A stretch of DNA of 63,072 nt, counting the filler, from Olpidium bornovanus S191 (lineage: Eukaryota; Fungi; Olpidiomycota), in NCBI GenBank assembly GCA_017911155.1. It is 29 parts of 29 records of this genome, joined end to end, with 100 filler letters (N's around TTAATTAATTAA, not from the genome) between each part and the next. Parts side by side here need not be neighbours in the genome. Positions count along the whole stretch, not along the records: positions 34,500 to 35,911 come from JAEFCI010003064.1; positions 36,012 to 37,877 come from JAEFCI010004165.1; positions 37,978 to 41,214 come from JAEFCI010012265.1; positions 41,315 to 43,039 come from JAEFCI010008207.1; positions 43,140 to 44,452 come from JAEFCI010000197.1; positions 44,553 to 45,850 come from JAEFCI010002760.1; positions 45,951 to 49,821 come from JAEFCI010011300.1; 22 more parts are not named here. One strand, 5' to 3'. Within the stretch, counting starts at the first letter, position 1; each line of letters starts with the position of its first letter. Below are positions 35,001-48,072 of the stretch, piece by piece. The notes beneath the pieces are model-generated. The model worked only from the letters and a program-made list of their open reading frames with translations, made no database searches and was not told the DNA's origin. The position numbers and the translations under genes are program-made.

Positions 35001-36297
35001 CTTATAACTTACTACCTGAATCACCCGGACGCGTTCCCCCCCACACCCCCCCACCGGTAGCGTCGAAAACTTTTGCCCCGACGAAACCACTTGTAACGGT
35101 CCGTCAAGCACTTCCCCCTCCTACAACTCCGACGAGAAAGTCGCGGAGGCACGCGTTTTGAGGTGTTGGGAGGGCGAGAGATAGAGAAGTAAGAGGCGTG
35201 CCGCCGAGGCGCGCTCGCACAGAGGAGTAATTCCTCCGGCCCCTGAGATTTCCCCCCACGCCTCCGTGCTTTTGCACCAATCCGGGGGCGGACCCCGCGG
35301 CAATCTCCAAAATAAAGAAGTAAAGTCACCGGAGGGACACTTGTTTTGAGAAGCAGTGAGAACACCGGGGCCAAGGAGAAAGTAGCGGTGTTGCCGGGAC
35401 AATAACAAGCTAAGAAAACGCCCACCCGACCTTAGCACCCACCCTCCTTCCCCCCCCCAGCGGTCGCCAAAAGAACTGCCCAATTACTCGGCCTGGCCGT
35501 TTCTGCCCAAAGCGCCCTCTCAGCTGGGGGGAGAGAGGGGGAGGCGTATTTCGCCGGTTCCGCTCCGTGGTCCGCCCACTCGTCGGGCGTGCCGGCCCTG
35601 GGATGGCTGCAGGTTTAAAATACGGCCGTCGCTCCTCTTCTTCCTTCATTGTTTTACGGACAGGTAGAAAACGGCGTTTTGCGCTCATGGTTTTTCCCCC
35701 CCCCCCCCCCCCCCCCTTTTTTTGTTGTTGGTTAGTTCTTTCATTTGGGCGGGAAGTGACGATTGGGCTCATAACCCGATAAATCCGGAGCCATGGGAAG
35801 CCGGCAGGAACGCAGCGGCGCGCAGCGCTCAAGAGCCGTAGGCGTAAACGGAAAGTGTTTTTCAGGGCGTTCCGGGGCCATCTATTCCAGATCTCTTTTA
35901 TAGAGCAGGCANNNNNNNNNNNNNNNNNNNNNNNNNNNNNNNNNNNNNNNNNNNNTTAATTAATTAANNNNNNNNNNNNNNNNNNNNNNNNNNNNNNNNN
36001 NNNNNNNNNNNCATGCAGTTGAGTGTTTCGGATGTCTCCGTGGGGCCTTTTAGCAGGGCTAGGATTGTGCCGGGCGGGACACAGCAAGATCGTGTTTCCG
36101 CTGTCTGAATTGTCGTAAAATTGGCCCGGTCCGTGTGATTTACAGCGTCGGTCAGAAGGACGAGCAAAAGAAGGATTCGCTGACTCCACGCACATCTCCG
36201 ATGACTAACGTGGGAGTGGAATCGGAGACCCGGCGGGTCGCAGCGGAGTCCCAGCGCCGCGCGTGCGCCGCAGGGGATCGAACAGCTCCCAACCCAA

Positions 36298-36720
36298 GTG
36301 GAAAGTGAGGCCACGTTCCAGGGCGAAACGAGGAGGAACGGGAGAAACCCGCAAAAAGCTCGCACGCTGAAGATTCCTGTCGCCGGCGGCGATGCCGCGA
36401 CGCCAAACACCAGACAAAAGCCGCCTCCCGACGACCTACTTGAAAAAATTCAGACGCTCCTGACGGCCTCCCAGAGCTGGTCCAAAGGGTGGGAGCAGAC
36501 GGTTGCGGAGACGTTGCAGGGGCTGGCGACGAGGAAAGAGGAGACGATGTGGCCAAGAGACACGTTGTTCAAATACTTCCAGCTAATGGAGAGCTTGCAG
36601 GTACGTGTGGGTCGAAAATGAATTCAAAAATGGAGCCCCGCTCGAACTTGATTGCTTCAAACACCCTGTCACCCTACAGGAAAACCTGAAAGAATACCAA
36701 CAGCTGCAGAAACTAGCCAG
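36298..36720 (+). CDS. Hypothetical helical protein, spliced fragment
   Basis: DLLEKIQTLLTASQSWSKGWEQ..FQLMESLQ|ENLKEYQQLQKLA with GT-AG intron 36601-~36680. No family recognised. Confidence 0.35.
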
Positions 36721-37977
36721 TGAGTTTACATCTAGAAATAGCGTGACCGCCTGGAATCAGCGTGCCCGGTGCACCGTAGTAATGCTAACATGCATCCTCC
36801 CGTCTTCTTCGTCGTGCAAAAAGCATGGGCGCTCTTGGAATTGCACGACACATAACGCGCCCCATTTGGTCGGTAGCACGGATTACACGTCCCTACCCAC
36901 TCAAAAGATAAGTTTGCAGACTCGAATTTACGCCAAAGGAAGTAGGGCCTCCTGCGCTGGCAGCAGATTCCGTTTGATCGGATAGAATGGATTGTTGGAG
37001 TAGTCGACGATTCACGCTTGCGGATGTACGGGTATATTACTGGGGGGGTGGGGGGTGGGGTTCCGTGCACATGAAATAAACATATCGTTTGCGAGCGGGG
37101 AACGATTAACCGCAACACGGATTTCCTACCAACCTGCCAGGCGTTGACACCAGCCGGAACCACGCGCCGGGGATTCCCGTCATGCTAGCCGCGAACTAAA
37201 TCTCATGCCGAAGTCCATACACACCCGAATCGCCAAGCGGTTGCAGGGCACATCCGGCTTGCCTGATCTCCAAAAGTAGTGAGCTTTGACGCGACTCACA
37301 CACGCAGCTGATGACGGCGCTCGCTTTGTGGTTCCGAATGATCACACTGCTGTAATAACTCATACTCCCAGAGAAAATTCCCCGACACTGTCTGCACATG
37401 ACTTTGCCACACCCGTGATGCTCTAACGCATAAGGGAGACGAATGGCCAAGAGCGTGCACGCAATGTAAGCTTGAGCGGCAGTTGACTGGATCCTCGGCC
37501 CACAGAGAAAAAAGGGAATAAGCGGGGGGATGCCGTTTGCGGGCACCGAAACGTGATGGCGCGCGTGCCAAGGGTGGAACGCGGTCCGCGCGCGCAACCA
37601 TTGTTAGGAGTGCACACGTAGACATCATGTGGCCGCGCTTGCTTCGATGTACCCTTGGTAGAGCCCTCCGAAGAACCCCGCCCCAAGAGCAAATGAACAA
37701 GAACAAACGGCGCTTCGAAACCTAACAACCTTCAAAATCGCGTTGCCTGGTCCAGTTTTGGACTTGGCCTTACCGGGGTCCTCTCTCGGAATCCCACTGA
37801 CGGGCTTCCATTGCTCGTGCCGTTGACTTTTGCTTCAGTCCCTCCGCGCACGCAGCGGGCCTATAGGAGACTCCATGNNNNNNNNNNNNNNNNNNNNNNN
37901 NNNNNNNNNNNNNNNNNNNNNTTAATTAATTAANNNNNNNNNNNNNNNNNNNNNNNNNNNNNNNNNNNNNNNNNNNN

Positions 37978-40900
37978 CATGGTCGTCATCATCACAAACA
38001 CCTTCATTGGATACTTCCAAGAGTACCGTGCCGAGAAGACGATGGAATCCCTTCGGAATCTTACGTGTCCTACGGCTTTGGTTGTTCGTGAAGGTGCCCA
38101 GCATCATATTCCCGCTCTGCAGGTCGTCCCCGTAAGTCGCGTTTCCAGTAGCCAATTTTGACTGCGGTATTATGAGTTCGTTCACCTGCGAAGACGTAAT
38201 ATGCCCGTTTCATCCATCTTTTGTTCAGGGGGATATTGTGCAGTTAAAAAACGGTGACGTCATTCCTGCCGATTTACGGCTGCTCGAAATCTTTAACCTG
38301 GAGATCGACGAAGCGCTTCTTACTGGAGAGTCCGCTCCTGTGGCGAAGAAGTAAGAACCCGATGGCTTTTCAATCCCAAGTTTGTTGGCGTCAACCCCTT
38401 TCGATAGGTACTAGCAGAGCTGTTTACGCCGTGCACTTGGTTATGAATATTTTTTGTCAAAAGGACCGTTGCCCTCGAGATGGAAAATGCTCCTGTCGGA
38501 GACCGCATAAATCTTGCGTATTCATCAACCGTGGTCACCAAAGGCAGAGGCAAGGGCGTTGTTATTAGTACGGGAATGGAGACAGAGATTGGACAGATCG
38601 CCAAGGCCCTTTCCCATACGGAAAAAATTGCCAAAACCGTTTTGCAGCAGAGGCAAGGCATTACGTCGTGCTTGCGCTTTTTATTTTTATTTTTTTCGTT
38701 CGGGTATACGATTTTCAACAGGATTCTGTTGACGAAGCCCGTAAATTACATTTCCGTTGAAAACCTCTCAGATTGGACAAACTGGCGGTGAAACTTCTCG
38801 CATTTGCTATCTTGCTTGCTGTAATCGTGTTCTCTGTCAACCGATGGGATATCACAGCCGACATCGCCCTGTACGCCATTTCGCTCTCTATAGCTGTGAT
38901 TCCTGAAGGCCTCGTCGCCGTCATGACCATCACTATGGCTGTCTCCGTTCGTGCCATGGCCAAGCAAAAAGCCATTGTGAGGAAATTAAGCGCCTTGGAA
39001 GCGATAGGTCAAGTTTCCAACATCTGCAGCGATAAGGTACGTGACAAGGGCAGAGTTCTCGTGGGGTTAGTACAACACTTTTGCTCTAATCGGGATTTCC
39101 TCCCCCAGACGGGAACAATAACTCAGGGGCGAATGGTGCTTTCGAAACTTCACCTGCCTGGCGTAGGCAATTTCAACGTCACTGGCGAAGGATACAACCC
39201 TGTCGGGGAGATCACGCGCATTGTCCCTGCCCCCCGGTCACCGAAACAAGTTGGCACAGCCCATCCGTCCGGCAACGAACTTCCACTCTCGCGGCATGAA
39301 TACCCGGAGCAGCTGAAGAGTCTCGCGCGAGTAGCGGCTTTGTGCAACCAGGCAGTTCTCCGCAAGGGGAACCGTCTCCCGTCGTCGACAATCGCCGTCG
39401 ACGTGCACGATGATGAAAAAGAGATTGCCGTTGCCCCAGTGGAAACGTCAGAGGTTACATCTAAAAGTGACAAAGCAGAGCGCTCACAGGAGAAGGGAAT
39501 CGAGAAAGAGGCCAGGGACGGCGGGTGGACGGCGTTTGGCGATCCCACAGAGTGTGCAATTCAGGTGTTTGCGACAAAGATTGGAATGGGAAAGCCGGAC
39601 TTGTCGGAGGATTACGAGCTCGTCGCGGAATTTCCTTTCGAGTCGGCGATCAAGACAGCCAGCGTGATCGTCAAACACAAACCGACCGGAGAGGTGTTCG
39701 TCCTGCTCAAGGGAGCAACCGAGCAGGTCGTGAGCAAGTGCAACGGAGTCGACGAGGAAGAAATACTCTGGGAAATGGAGTGCTTGGCGTCCCACGGCCT
39801 GGTATGTTACGCCTAGCATACTTTTTACATAGTGCAGTCGGCACTGGTTGAAATGCATTTTTCTCGGCCCTTTTGTTGTACGCAAGCGTGTTCTCGCTCT
39901 TGCGCAACGCAAGGTGGCGGAAGATCTCACCGACGATCAGCTCCATTGCTGGAAACGCGAGGAAGCTAACAAGGATATGACGCTTCTCGGCCTGGTCGGG
40001 ATTTTCGATCCCCCCCGGCCGCAGTCGAAGAGCGCTATACAGGCGTGCGCGAGGGCGGGGATATCCGTCCACATGCTCACCGGCGATCACCCAAAGACTG
40101 CCGCTGCCATCGCCCTCTCTGTCGGTCTTATCAGCAGGGCAGAGGCCAAGGCCAGCGGCTCCCCGGCTACTCCGGCTCCCGCTCCGATCGGCACCGGGCT
40201 CGAGCTGTTCCGGTCCATCACCATGGCAGCCGAGGAGCAGCCCACGGCGAACATGGTCATGACGGCCCTCGAGTTTGATGCGCTAACAGACAGGGAGATC
40301 GACAAACTCGCGCATCTGCCCAAGGTTATCGCCCGGTGCGCGCCGCACACGAAGACCCGCATGGTGGAGGCGCTTCATCGCAGGATGAAAGTGGTCGCCA
40401 TGACCGGAGATGGCGTGAACGGTATGGATTTTTTTTTTGCGTTTTCCGCGAACTTCTTCAAATTTGACGCCAGCTTCTGGAAATTTACTGCCGCCAACTT
40501 CTGTGGTTTCTTTCGCCGCGGCCCAGACGCCCCTTCCCTTAAGGCGGCTGATGTCGGCATCGCCATGGGTCTCGCGGGTTCCGACGTCGCCAAGCAGGCG
40601 TCCGACATTGTGCTCACAAACGACAATTTCGCTACTATCACCAAAGCGGTGTTCGAGGGACGCCGCATATTTGACAATATCCAGAAATTCATTTTGCACC
40701 TCATGTCGAGTAAGTTGCGCGTCGGTCCACGTATCAGTCTTAGCCGGCCAGAAGAACTCGGCTTTCTTTTTTCGCCAGCAGGCCTCTTCGGCTCGAAACT
40801 TGCTTGTTGATCGGAAATTTGTGCCCTTTCTCAGCCAACGTCGCAGAAGTGATCTTGCTCGTCACCGGGCTGTCTTTCATGGCTCGCGAAGGCGACGAAG

Positions 40901-41214
40901 TGGCCTCGATCTATCCGATGTCGCCGGTGCAGATCCTGTGGCTAAACATGGTTACCTCCTCCCCGCCGGCCATGGGACTGGGATTTGAGAAGGCCGAAGG
41001 CCATCTGCAGGAGGCCAAGCCGCGGCCAAAGTCAAAAGGCCTGTTTGGACGAGAGCTTCTCGCCGACATTTTCGTCTACGGCGCGTTGATGGGCATGCTG
41101 ACGCTGACGAACTGGACACTCGTGCTCTACGCTTTTGGTGACGGGATCCTGCAGCTCCGCTGCGCCAAAGCGTCTTATGACGATTCCGTTACCCTGGGCG
41201 ATGACCGCATTCCC
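37978..41214 (+). CDS. ENA1: P-type IID Na+/K+-efflux ATPase (ENA family), partial at both ends
   Basis: [14 protein letters not shown]; DEALLTGES; IPEGL; CSDK|TGTIT; [10 protein letters not shown]; GDGVN|DAPSLK; [22 protein letters not shown] (ENA-like). Confidence 0.9.
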
Positions 41215-41314
41215 NNNNNNNNNNNNNNNNNNNNNNNNNNNNNNNNNNNNNNNNNNNNTTAATTAATTAANNNNNNNNNNNNNNNNNNNNNNNNNNNNNN
41301 NNNNNNNNNNNNNN

Positions 41315-42363
41315 CATGCGGCTGCAAAATCTCGTGGTCGTCAGCGAACAGTATCAACGGGTAGCACCACAAATTGACGGCGGTGCACCGGTTCCTACGC
41401 GCCTTCATCGTGGAGGGCCCGCAGGCCCCTTGTCTGACGTTTTGTTTCATCCGTTTCCGCTCGGCAGCGTGGATGTCTGACAGCGCCCGTAGTTCGATCG
41501 GAAGGCCGTGGCAGTCCCAGCCGGGTACATAACTGCGAACGACGGCGAATCAGACTTCAAACCAAACGGAAGCCTATATCTCTGCACTGCGCCGCCACAG
41601 ATACACACGGCTTGGCGTGTACTCAACTGGACTTTATTTCCCCGCAAGACTTTGTAGCGGATAGTGATATCTTTCAAGACTTTGTTCAAAGCATGACCTG
41701 CGGCAGCGTAGCTATCAGAGAGACGCCGGTCGTTCGGAAACGACGACGCGCGCGGGACATATTCTCTGGCCGCCGGGCGACATACCGATGTGCAAGTCGC
41801 CGTTGGCGAAGGGCGGGCCGTCGTGGAGTACGAACTCCGGTCCTGAGTTATTGCTCCGCTGAATGTGGACCGTTTCAGCACGCGAGACTATGGCCGGGGC
41901 TCCCCCTTTTCTCCGCATGTTGGCGGAGCATACAGGGAAAAAGGCGCGCGCGCACGGCTCTGCCGCTTACCTGCCACGTGTACAGCTCGTCTGTGCAGCG
42001 CGCCCGCATCGCTTCCGTCGTGCTGCGGACCTCTCGCAACGGGAACGCCGTCTTCGGCAAACACAGAGTCTCCGTGAAGTTGTGGGAAGGCCCTTTGGCG
42101 GGGCCGTTGCGTCCGGCTGCCTCCTTCGCGGCGGCCGTCGCGTACCAACGAGACGGCTGAGCGCGATCAGCGACCGGGGCGCCCAGCACCGCCGACCGCA
42201 GGGCCAAGGGCTGCCGGCGGGGACGCGGACAGGGCAAGATGCCACGCGCAGCGGCGTTGGCTGCAGCGGCGGCGAGGAGACCAACGCGGCAGCGGGCGCA
42301 GGTTGCTCCGGACGCCGGGAGCCCGCCCCGGGGGGCAAGGCGAGCGGCGGCGGTCGGTGGCAT
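41315..42363 (-). CDS. ISM1: Mitochondrial isoleucyl-tRNA synthetase, N-terminal part
   Basis: Arg/Ala-rich presequence; [12 protein letters not shown]; [17 protein letters not shown]|[10 protein letters not shown]; [13 protein letters not shown]. Confidence 0.93.
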
Positions 42364-43929
42364 CTTTCCGGGCGAGTGACGACCGGCGCCAGTATTCAAC
42401 GTCCGGGGACAGTTGCGGGGGTGGTCAAAGTTCCGCGACCAAGGGCCGAGGAACAGGGGAGAAGACAGCGAGAGAAAAGAAGGGAGAGAGCGAGAGAGAG
42501 AGAGAGAGAGAGAGAAGAGAGACAGACGGTGAGATAAACCAGACAGAAAGGGAACCGCCCGCGGCCGACGCTTCCGCGAGGGCTCGAAAGGAAGAAACGG
42601 CCAAGCAGCGCAGCCAACAGAGCGCACCCCGGCTCCCGCGAGCTAACAGCCTGCCGCGATAGGCAAACACCGCCAGAAAAAAAAAATCCATGACTAGAGG
42701 GCGCGAGGTGGCACCGCAGTTGACAACGGATGCAAGGGCGGTGGAACAGGGCAGCGGCCTGCCTAGCCGCCCTGATCACCACCGGTGGGAAAGCAGTCGG
42801 CAGTTGCTTCAGCTTGCTGCGCACGGCCCACTTCGGATGCAGTACCTGGTGGCCGCTCACTAGGCGGGGAGGACGAGGGATTTTTGTGGTCCGTAATCCC
42901 AGAAGAGCACGACACCAATGCTGGGTGAGCCCGTCAGGGTGAAACCCAGTGTCTGCCGTAAACGACGTCTGTCTGTCTGAAGCCTTCTCCAGCCAATCAC
43001 AGGCATCCTGACAACTCAGTGCCAACTCAGCCCTTCCCCNNNNNNNNNNNNNNNNNNNNNNNNNNNNNNNNNNNNNNNNNNNNTTAATTAATTAANNNNN
43101 NNNNNNNNNNNNNNNNNNNNNNNNNNNNNNNNNNNNNNNCATGGCAAAAAAGAATATCTGTATCAAAAAAATTTCCGCGCGCGCGCACGCCGCAAGAAAA
43201 AAAGATTTTATCGGCAAGTGATTGGTACAAGAAGTCACTCGAGAGCGAAGGGGCGAGCGAGCCTTCCGGCCCGATCGTGCTTTCGACAACGGCAGCGGCC
43301 AGGCAAGCCTACTTCGGGCCGGCCATGGAGGGCTTGCTGGAGGAGCGAGAGCGCTCACGAGCGAGAAGACGTCGTTTAAACTCGCTGAGGAACGAATGGA
43401 AACCACAGTGAATTTCAGAATTCCTGCCGCTCCATTTACTTCGAGAGTGAACGAGTGAATGTCCCGGACGTCAAGAAGCTCGACGAGCTCCCGCCCAACG
43501 CCCTCCTCTGCGCGCTGGTCCCGCTCCGCCGCACCACGCCGGGCGGCGCCTTCGGCGAGCGCGCGCGCGCGCGCGCTTCAACTTCACGGGCTCTGCTCGT
43601 ACGAGCAGCCGTGCGGAGAGAGAAATGGTAGGCGAAGAAGGACCTAATACGTGCGCTTTTTCCCTCTGCATTTATCCGGGCTTGGGACCGGTCCAAGCCC
43701 AAAGGCACGGTAGCTGCATCAAAAAAGAGCTGTTTGTGTTAGCATGGTGTCAAATAAGTACGAAACGCAAGAGCCGGCCAAAGAGCAAACCCTCCCGGGG
43801 CCGCGACCCGGGCGCAATGCCGCCACTGGCTAACAGAGTTCCCGGAACATCATTCCGGGAGGGCAGGCTAGGCGTTGATCAGAAAGTGCAAAGGATCGGT
43901 TGCTCAAGCCACCTGCTGGATCCTAGCTG

Positions 43930-44310
43930 ATCTCCTACTCGGTCAGCACCGACTGCGCCCACGACAAAGTCGAAGTCGCCATCGGCATAGCCTTGCAAGA
44001 AGGGAAGTCCCCACCTCTTACTCGGTCAGCGCCGACAGCGCTAACGACAAGTCGCAAGCCATCGGCAAAGCCTCGCAGGAATGCAGGTCCCAACCCTCCT
44101 GCGCGGTCAGCGCCTACTGCCCTAACGACAAAGTCGCAAGGCCATCAGCAAAGCCTCGCGGGAGGGCATGTCCTCACCCTCTTACTCGGTCAGCGCCTAC
44201 TGTGCTCACAACAGTCGCAGGCCATCGGCCAAGCCTCGTAAGGAGGGTAGGACTCCACCTTCTTGCTGACCGAAATCTGCCGTGGGCCACCGGCAAAGCC
44301 TCGCAGGGCA
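43930..44310. repeat. Degenerate ~82-bp tandem repeat, 4 units plus a partial fifth
   Basis: GGTCAGC anchors at 43941, 44024, 44105 and 44188; each unit carries ..ACGACAA(A)GTCGCAAG(G)CCATCGGCAAAGCCTCG. Confidence 0.88.
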
Positions 44311-44747
44311 GGTCGAGCCGAAGAACAAAAAAAAAGCGAGAATGTTCGAAAATCAAGCGTGCTCCTTTTCCGTCTGGGAGCGTGAAGAGAGTGCGTGCGT
44401 GCGTGCGTGCGTGCGTGCGGGTGTGGGGGGAAGGAAGGTTTCGAGGCGGGGGNNNNNNNNNNNNNNNNNNNNNNNNNNNNNNNNNNNNNNNNNNNNTTAA
44501 TTAATTAANNNNNNNNNNNNNNNNNNNNNNNNNNNNNNNNNNNNNNNNNNNNGGGGGGGGGGGGGGGGGGAAATGAAACAAACCGCGCCGCGGGTATCGG
44601 GGGAAGGGGTGGGGGGGGGGGGGCCGTATACGTCCAGGCGCCGCTCCGCTTTCGAGAAATAAAATTTTGTTCTTATTTGCTCGCCTTGTTTTTTTTTTTT
44701 TTTTTTTGTTTTCGGTTTTGTTTTGTTGTCGAAGTCACCGCATACAG

Positions 44748-45671
44748 GTGGCGTTGAACCTTAACAAAGACGCGATCCGCAGCGAGAAGGACGTGCTCAG
44801 CAGACTGATCGACAACATCCTTCCGCCTTTGGTAGGGATTTGTTTGTTTTTTCTCTTTTTTTTCTCCACCAACCGGAAAGTTTTTTCCCCCTTCGACGTT
44901 TTTGTACTTTTCCCCCCCCCCCCCTTACCACCGCCGCCACCGCGCGCGGCACGAGGGGCGTGGGGTGGGTGAGGCGGGCGACAAAAAAAAAATGACCACG
45001 ACAAAAACCAAAAACACAAAAAAAAAAAAAAAAAAAAAAACAAAATCAAAAACACGCATCCAGTACGTCGAACGGCTGAAATCCGAGCAGCGCGCGATGG
45101 CAAACAAGATCCCCGATTGCTCGATTATCTTCGCCGACATCGGTGAGTTTTTACGTCCTGTTTCCCTTTTTTTTTTCTTCCCCCCGCGCCCCGCCGCGAG
45201 AAAATGTACAACGTGCGCACGGCCCTCTTCCCCCGGGCTCATCACCGACCGCTATTTTGCCAGTCGGTTTTACTTCGATGAGTTTGGACATGCAGGCCAA
45301 AGAACTGGGGGCGCTTCTCAACAAGTACGTGAGGAGGCGACTCCCCCTTCCCCCCCCCCTTCCCGCTTCCGCGCCTTTCTGAGGGAAACCAAAACCTCCC
45401 GTTCTCAAAAATTCCGGATTACCCCGCGTTTTTGCCGTCGGGCCGATCGCCCCCGTTTAACCCCGCGGCGGCGCGGGGGGGGCCCAAAAAAAAAAAAAGA
45501 ATATTCATCCGGTTCGACCTCATATGCAAGTCCTTCGGGGTCGAGAAGATCAAGACCATCGGCGACTGCTACATGGCCGGCGCCGGCGTCCCCGAGTACG
45601 ACGAGCACCACGCGAGAGTCGCGGCCGAGTTCTGCCTCGCGCTGCTCGCGTGCTTCCGCAGCTTGAATGCG
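44748..45671 (+). CDS. Class III nucleotidyl cyclase (animal-type adenylyl/guanylyl cyclase) catalytic domain, partial
   Basis: Exons 44748-44831, 45064-45142, 45264-45324 and 45500-45671: LIDNILPP..CSIIFADI|VGFTSMS..LLNK|IFIRFD..VEKIKTIGDCYMAGAGVP. Confidence 0.92.
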
Positions 45672-45794
45672 GTAGGGGGTGGTGGGGGGAGGATGGTCTG
45701 CGAGCGGGGCGCGTGGTGTGGAGGCGGAGGGCGTGCGCGCGCCCGAAGGCGCGCGTGCCGGGCGCGTGTGGGGGAGTCGCGGGGCGCGGTCGCG

Positions 45795-45836
<42 letters not shown>

Positions 45837-46297
45837 AAAAGGAAAAAGAANNNNNNNNNNNNNNNNNNNNNNNNNNNNNNNNNNNNNNNNNNNNTTAATT
45901 AATTAANNNNNNNNNNNNNNNNNNNNNNNNNNNNNNNNNNNNNNNNNNNNACATGTTTAATTGAATCAGGATACCTTCGGTGTGGTGGCGGCTCCCTACA
46001 ATTGACTTGATTCAGCATATCCCCACGCACAGAGAGGGACCGGCATTGGCCTGACTCTGCACATACCTGCGCACACAGAGGGGATCTTATCCTCACGGCG
46101 CGAGCAACGGACGCCTGCAAAGGAAACTCGAACAAATAATTCCACACTGCCGAACGGCGTTGTTATAGGCTCCCCTCAAACAGCAAAGACCCGGAACACT
46201 CGGTCGCTTGGCCACTCTCCTCCACCCATAATTATTTCTTGTCAATCTGTGGATATATGTGAAACAAATACGCAGACGGAGCCACTATCAAAATAGT

Positions 46298-47852
46298 TCA
46301 GAAGCACAACCGGTACGTAACATAGCGCCCAGCAGTCTCTGTCGACCGCATATCGACGGGAGCGCGCACATTGGTTAGTGATCGGCGGGCTCACGAGGCC
46401 AAAAGGAACGGGATATGCTGCACAAACCTGATGGTCTGAGTATCTTGACCACCTGGCAAAATGAGGTTCCATTAAGTGAGAAAAGGTGACAGAGATCGGG
46501 CAGGCCGAGGATGCGGGAAAGGGGCACAATCCAACAAAGTCATAATATGACAGAAAGCATTTTAAAGAAAAATCTAGACCCCTTTTCACAACTCGTGGAA
46601 TAAGCTCCCACCTGGCCACGTTTCAATCCGAAGTACCGAGCCACTGGATCGCTGACCTGGATGCGCGGAAGTTGGGTTTCCTTCAACCGGCTAGCAAAAG
46701 TTTAACATACAGATTGTGAAATTCGTCGCATCGGGGCCGTTTATCGAGAATTTCACGGGCTTACTGTCCCAACAAGGAAATCGAAGTGACACGACGGATG
46801 ACTTACTATCTTTGCAGCAAGGCCGCCTTTTCCTCTTTTGACAGCAGTATATGCTTGGGTACGAGCTCGTGCTCAGTGATATTCACAAGAAGCTCGCTTT
46901 CGTGGAAGGATTCGAGCTGATACTTTCCGGGTAGCTGTTGTATCACCTGTACCGCGGAAGGCGGCGAGTCAGGCGTGAAGAACCGAGCAAAGATGCGCTT
47001 TCTTCAGGCTCTGCTACCCCACCTTGTTCGCGGACGGCGTTAATGACTGCTTATAAATGATAATTCCCTTCGGTATATTTTGCTCGAACATGCGGGTGCA
47101 CGCCCTGGAGCGACACGCGGCAAAAGCAAGCACAACCCGCGCGTGGGGCACAAGTAAGCGCTCGTGCGCCGACGTGCTGAGACGGCGACACAAAACAATG
47201 CGCGTGGCCGCGCAGCTGTAGTCCGCACAGGGGAGAATTGTGCGCCAGCGTGGAAGCCCTTACGCGCGGATTGGCTTGACCCCCACGGACTTGTCTTCGC
47301 AGAAAATGATCATAATCTGGTCTGCCGGATCTTGCGTATGTTGCGCTGTGAAGCCGAGGCTGGCCCGACTGCGACGAGCAACAGCGTACGAGAAAAATCC
47401 TTCAGAAAACGACCTCCCGGCGACCCTCAGCTCCCGACAGCCAGCGGGTGGGGGAAATTCCGTACTCGATAGCGCCGTTCCTGACGTAGGTGTCCTTGAA
47501 CGCGGGAAAGTCCATGTCAAGGTGCTCCTGGCTCACTATGTATTGCTAGAGCCGAGCAGTCGCCACGCAGGTCAGGGAGGCCAGGCAACGGAAAGTCAGC
47601 GCTCAGCGCTTGCAGCAGACGGCTGGCGCTACTGCCGCATACGACACGCGCCCCCGGTGGAGCGCGGAGTGCAACTGCCGGCTGGGCGAATAGGGGCGGG
47701 GCGGTCTCGGCGCTTGGTTGGCGTGGGCGGGGCTGCAGGCAGTCGGGAGACTGACGAGCGGCCACGGGGCGTACCCTGTCGTGGACCAGCTGCCTAATGG
47801 TCTTGAGCACCTTCCACAGCCTCGCGACCTCTCTGTCGTCGGAAGTCTCCAT
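46298..47852 (-). CDS. RPB5: RNA polymerase I/II/III shared subunit Rpb5, complete, multi-exon
   Basis: [26 protein letters not shown]; [22 protein letters not shown]; [15 protein letters not shown]; [20 protein letters not shown]; [13 protein letters not shown]. Confidence 0.95.
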
Positions 47853-48072
47853 TCCTGCAGGGCGCGGGTCCGCTGGGGCTGCGGGCGGGAAGCGGCGGTT
47901 TCGCGCGGTTTGGCAAAACCAAAAAAAAAAAAAAAAAAAAAAAAAAGATTCAGGGGAAGGGGAAAAGGGGGAGAGGGAGGACCCGAGGCGGGCGAGAGGA
48001 GCAGCGAAGGAAGAAGAGCCCGAGACCCGCCGCCCGAAAAGAAAAGCACGCGCGCGGCCAGACGGCGCCGCC

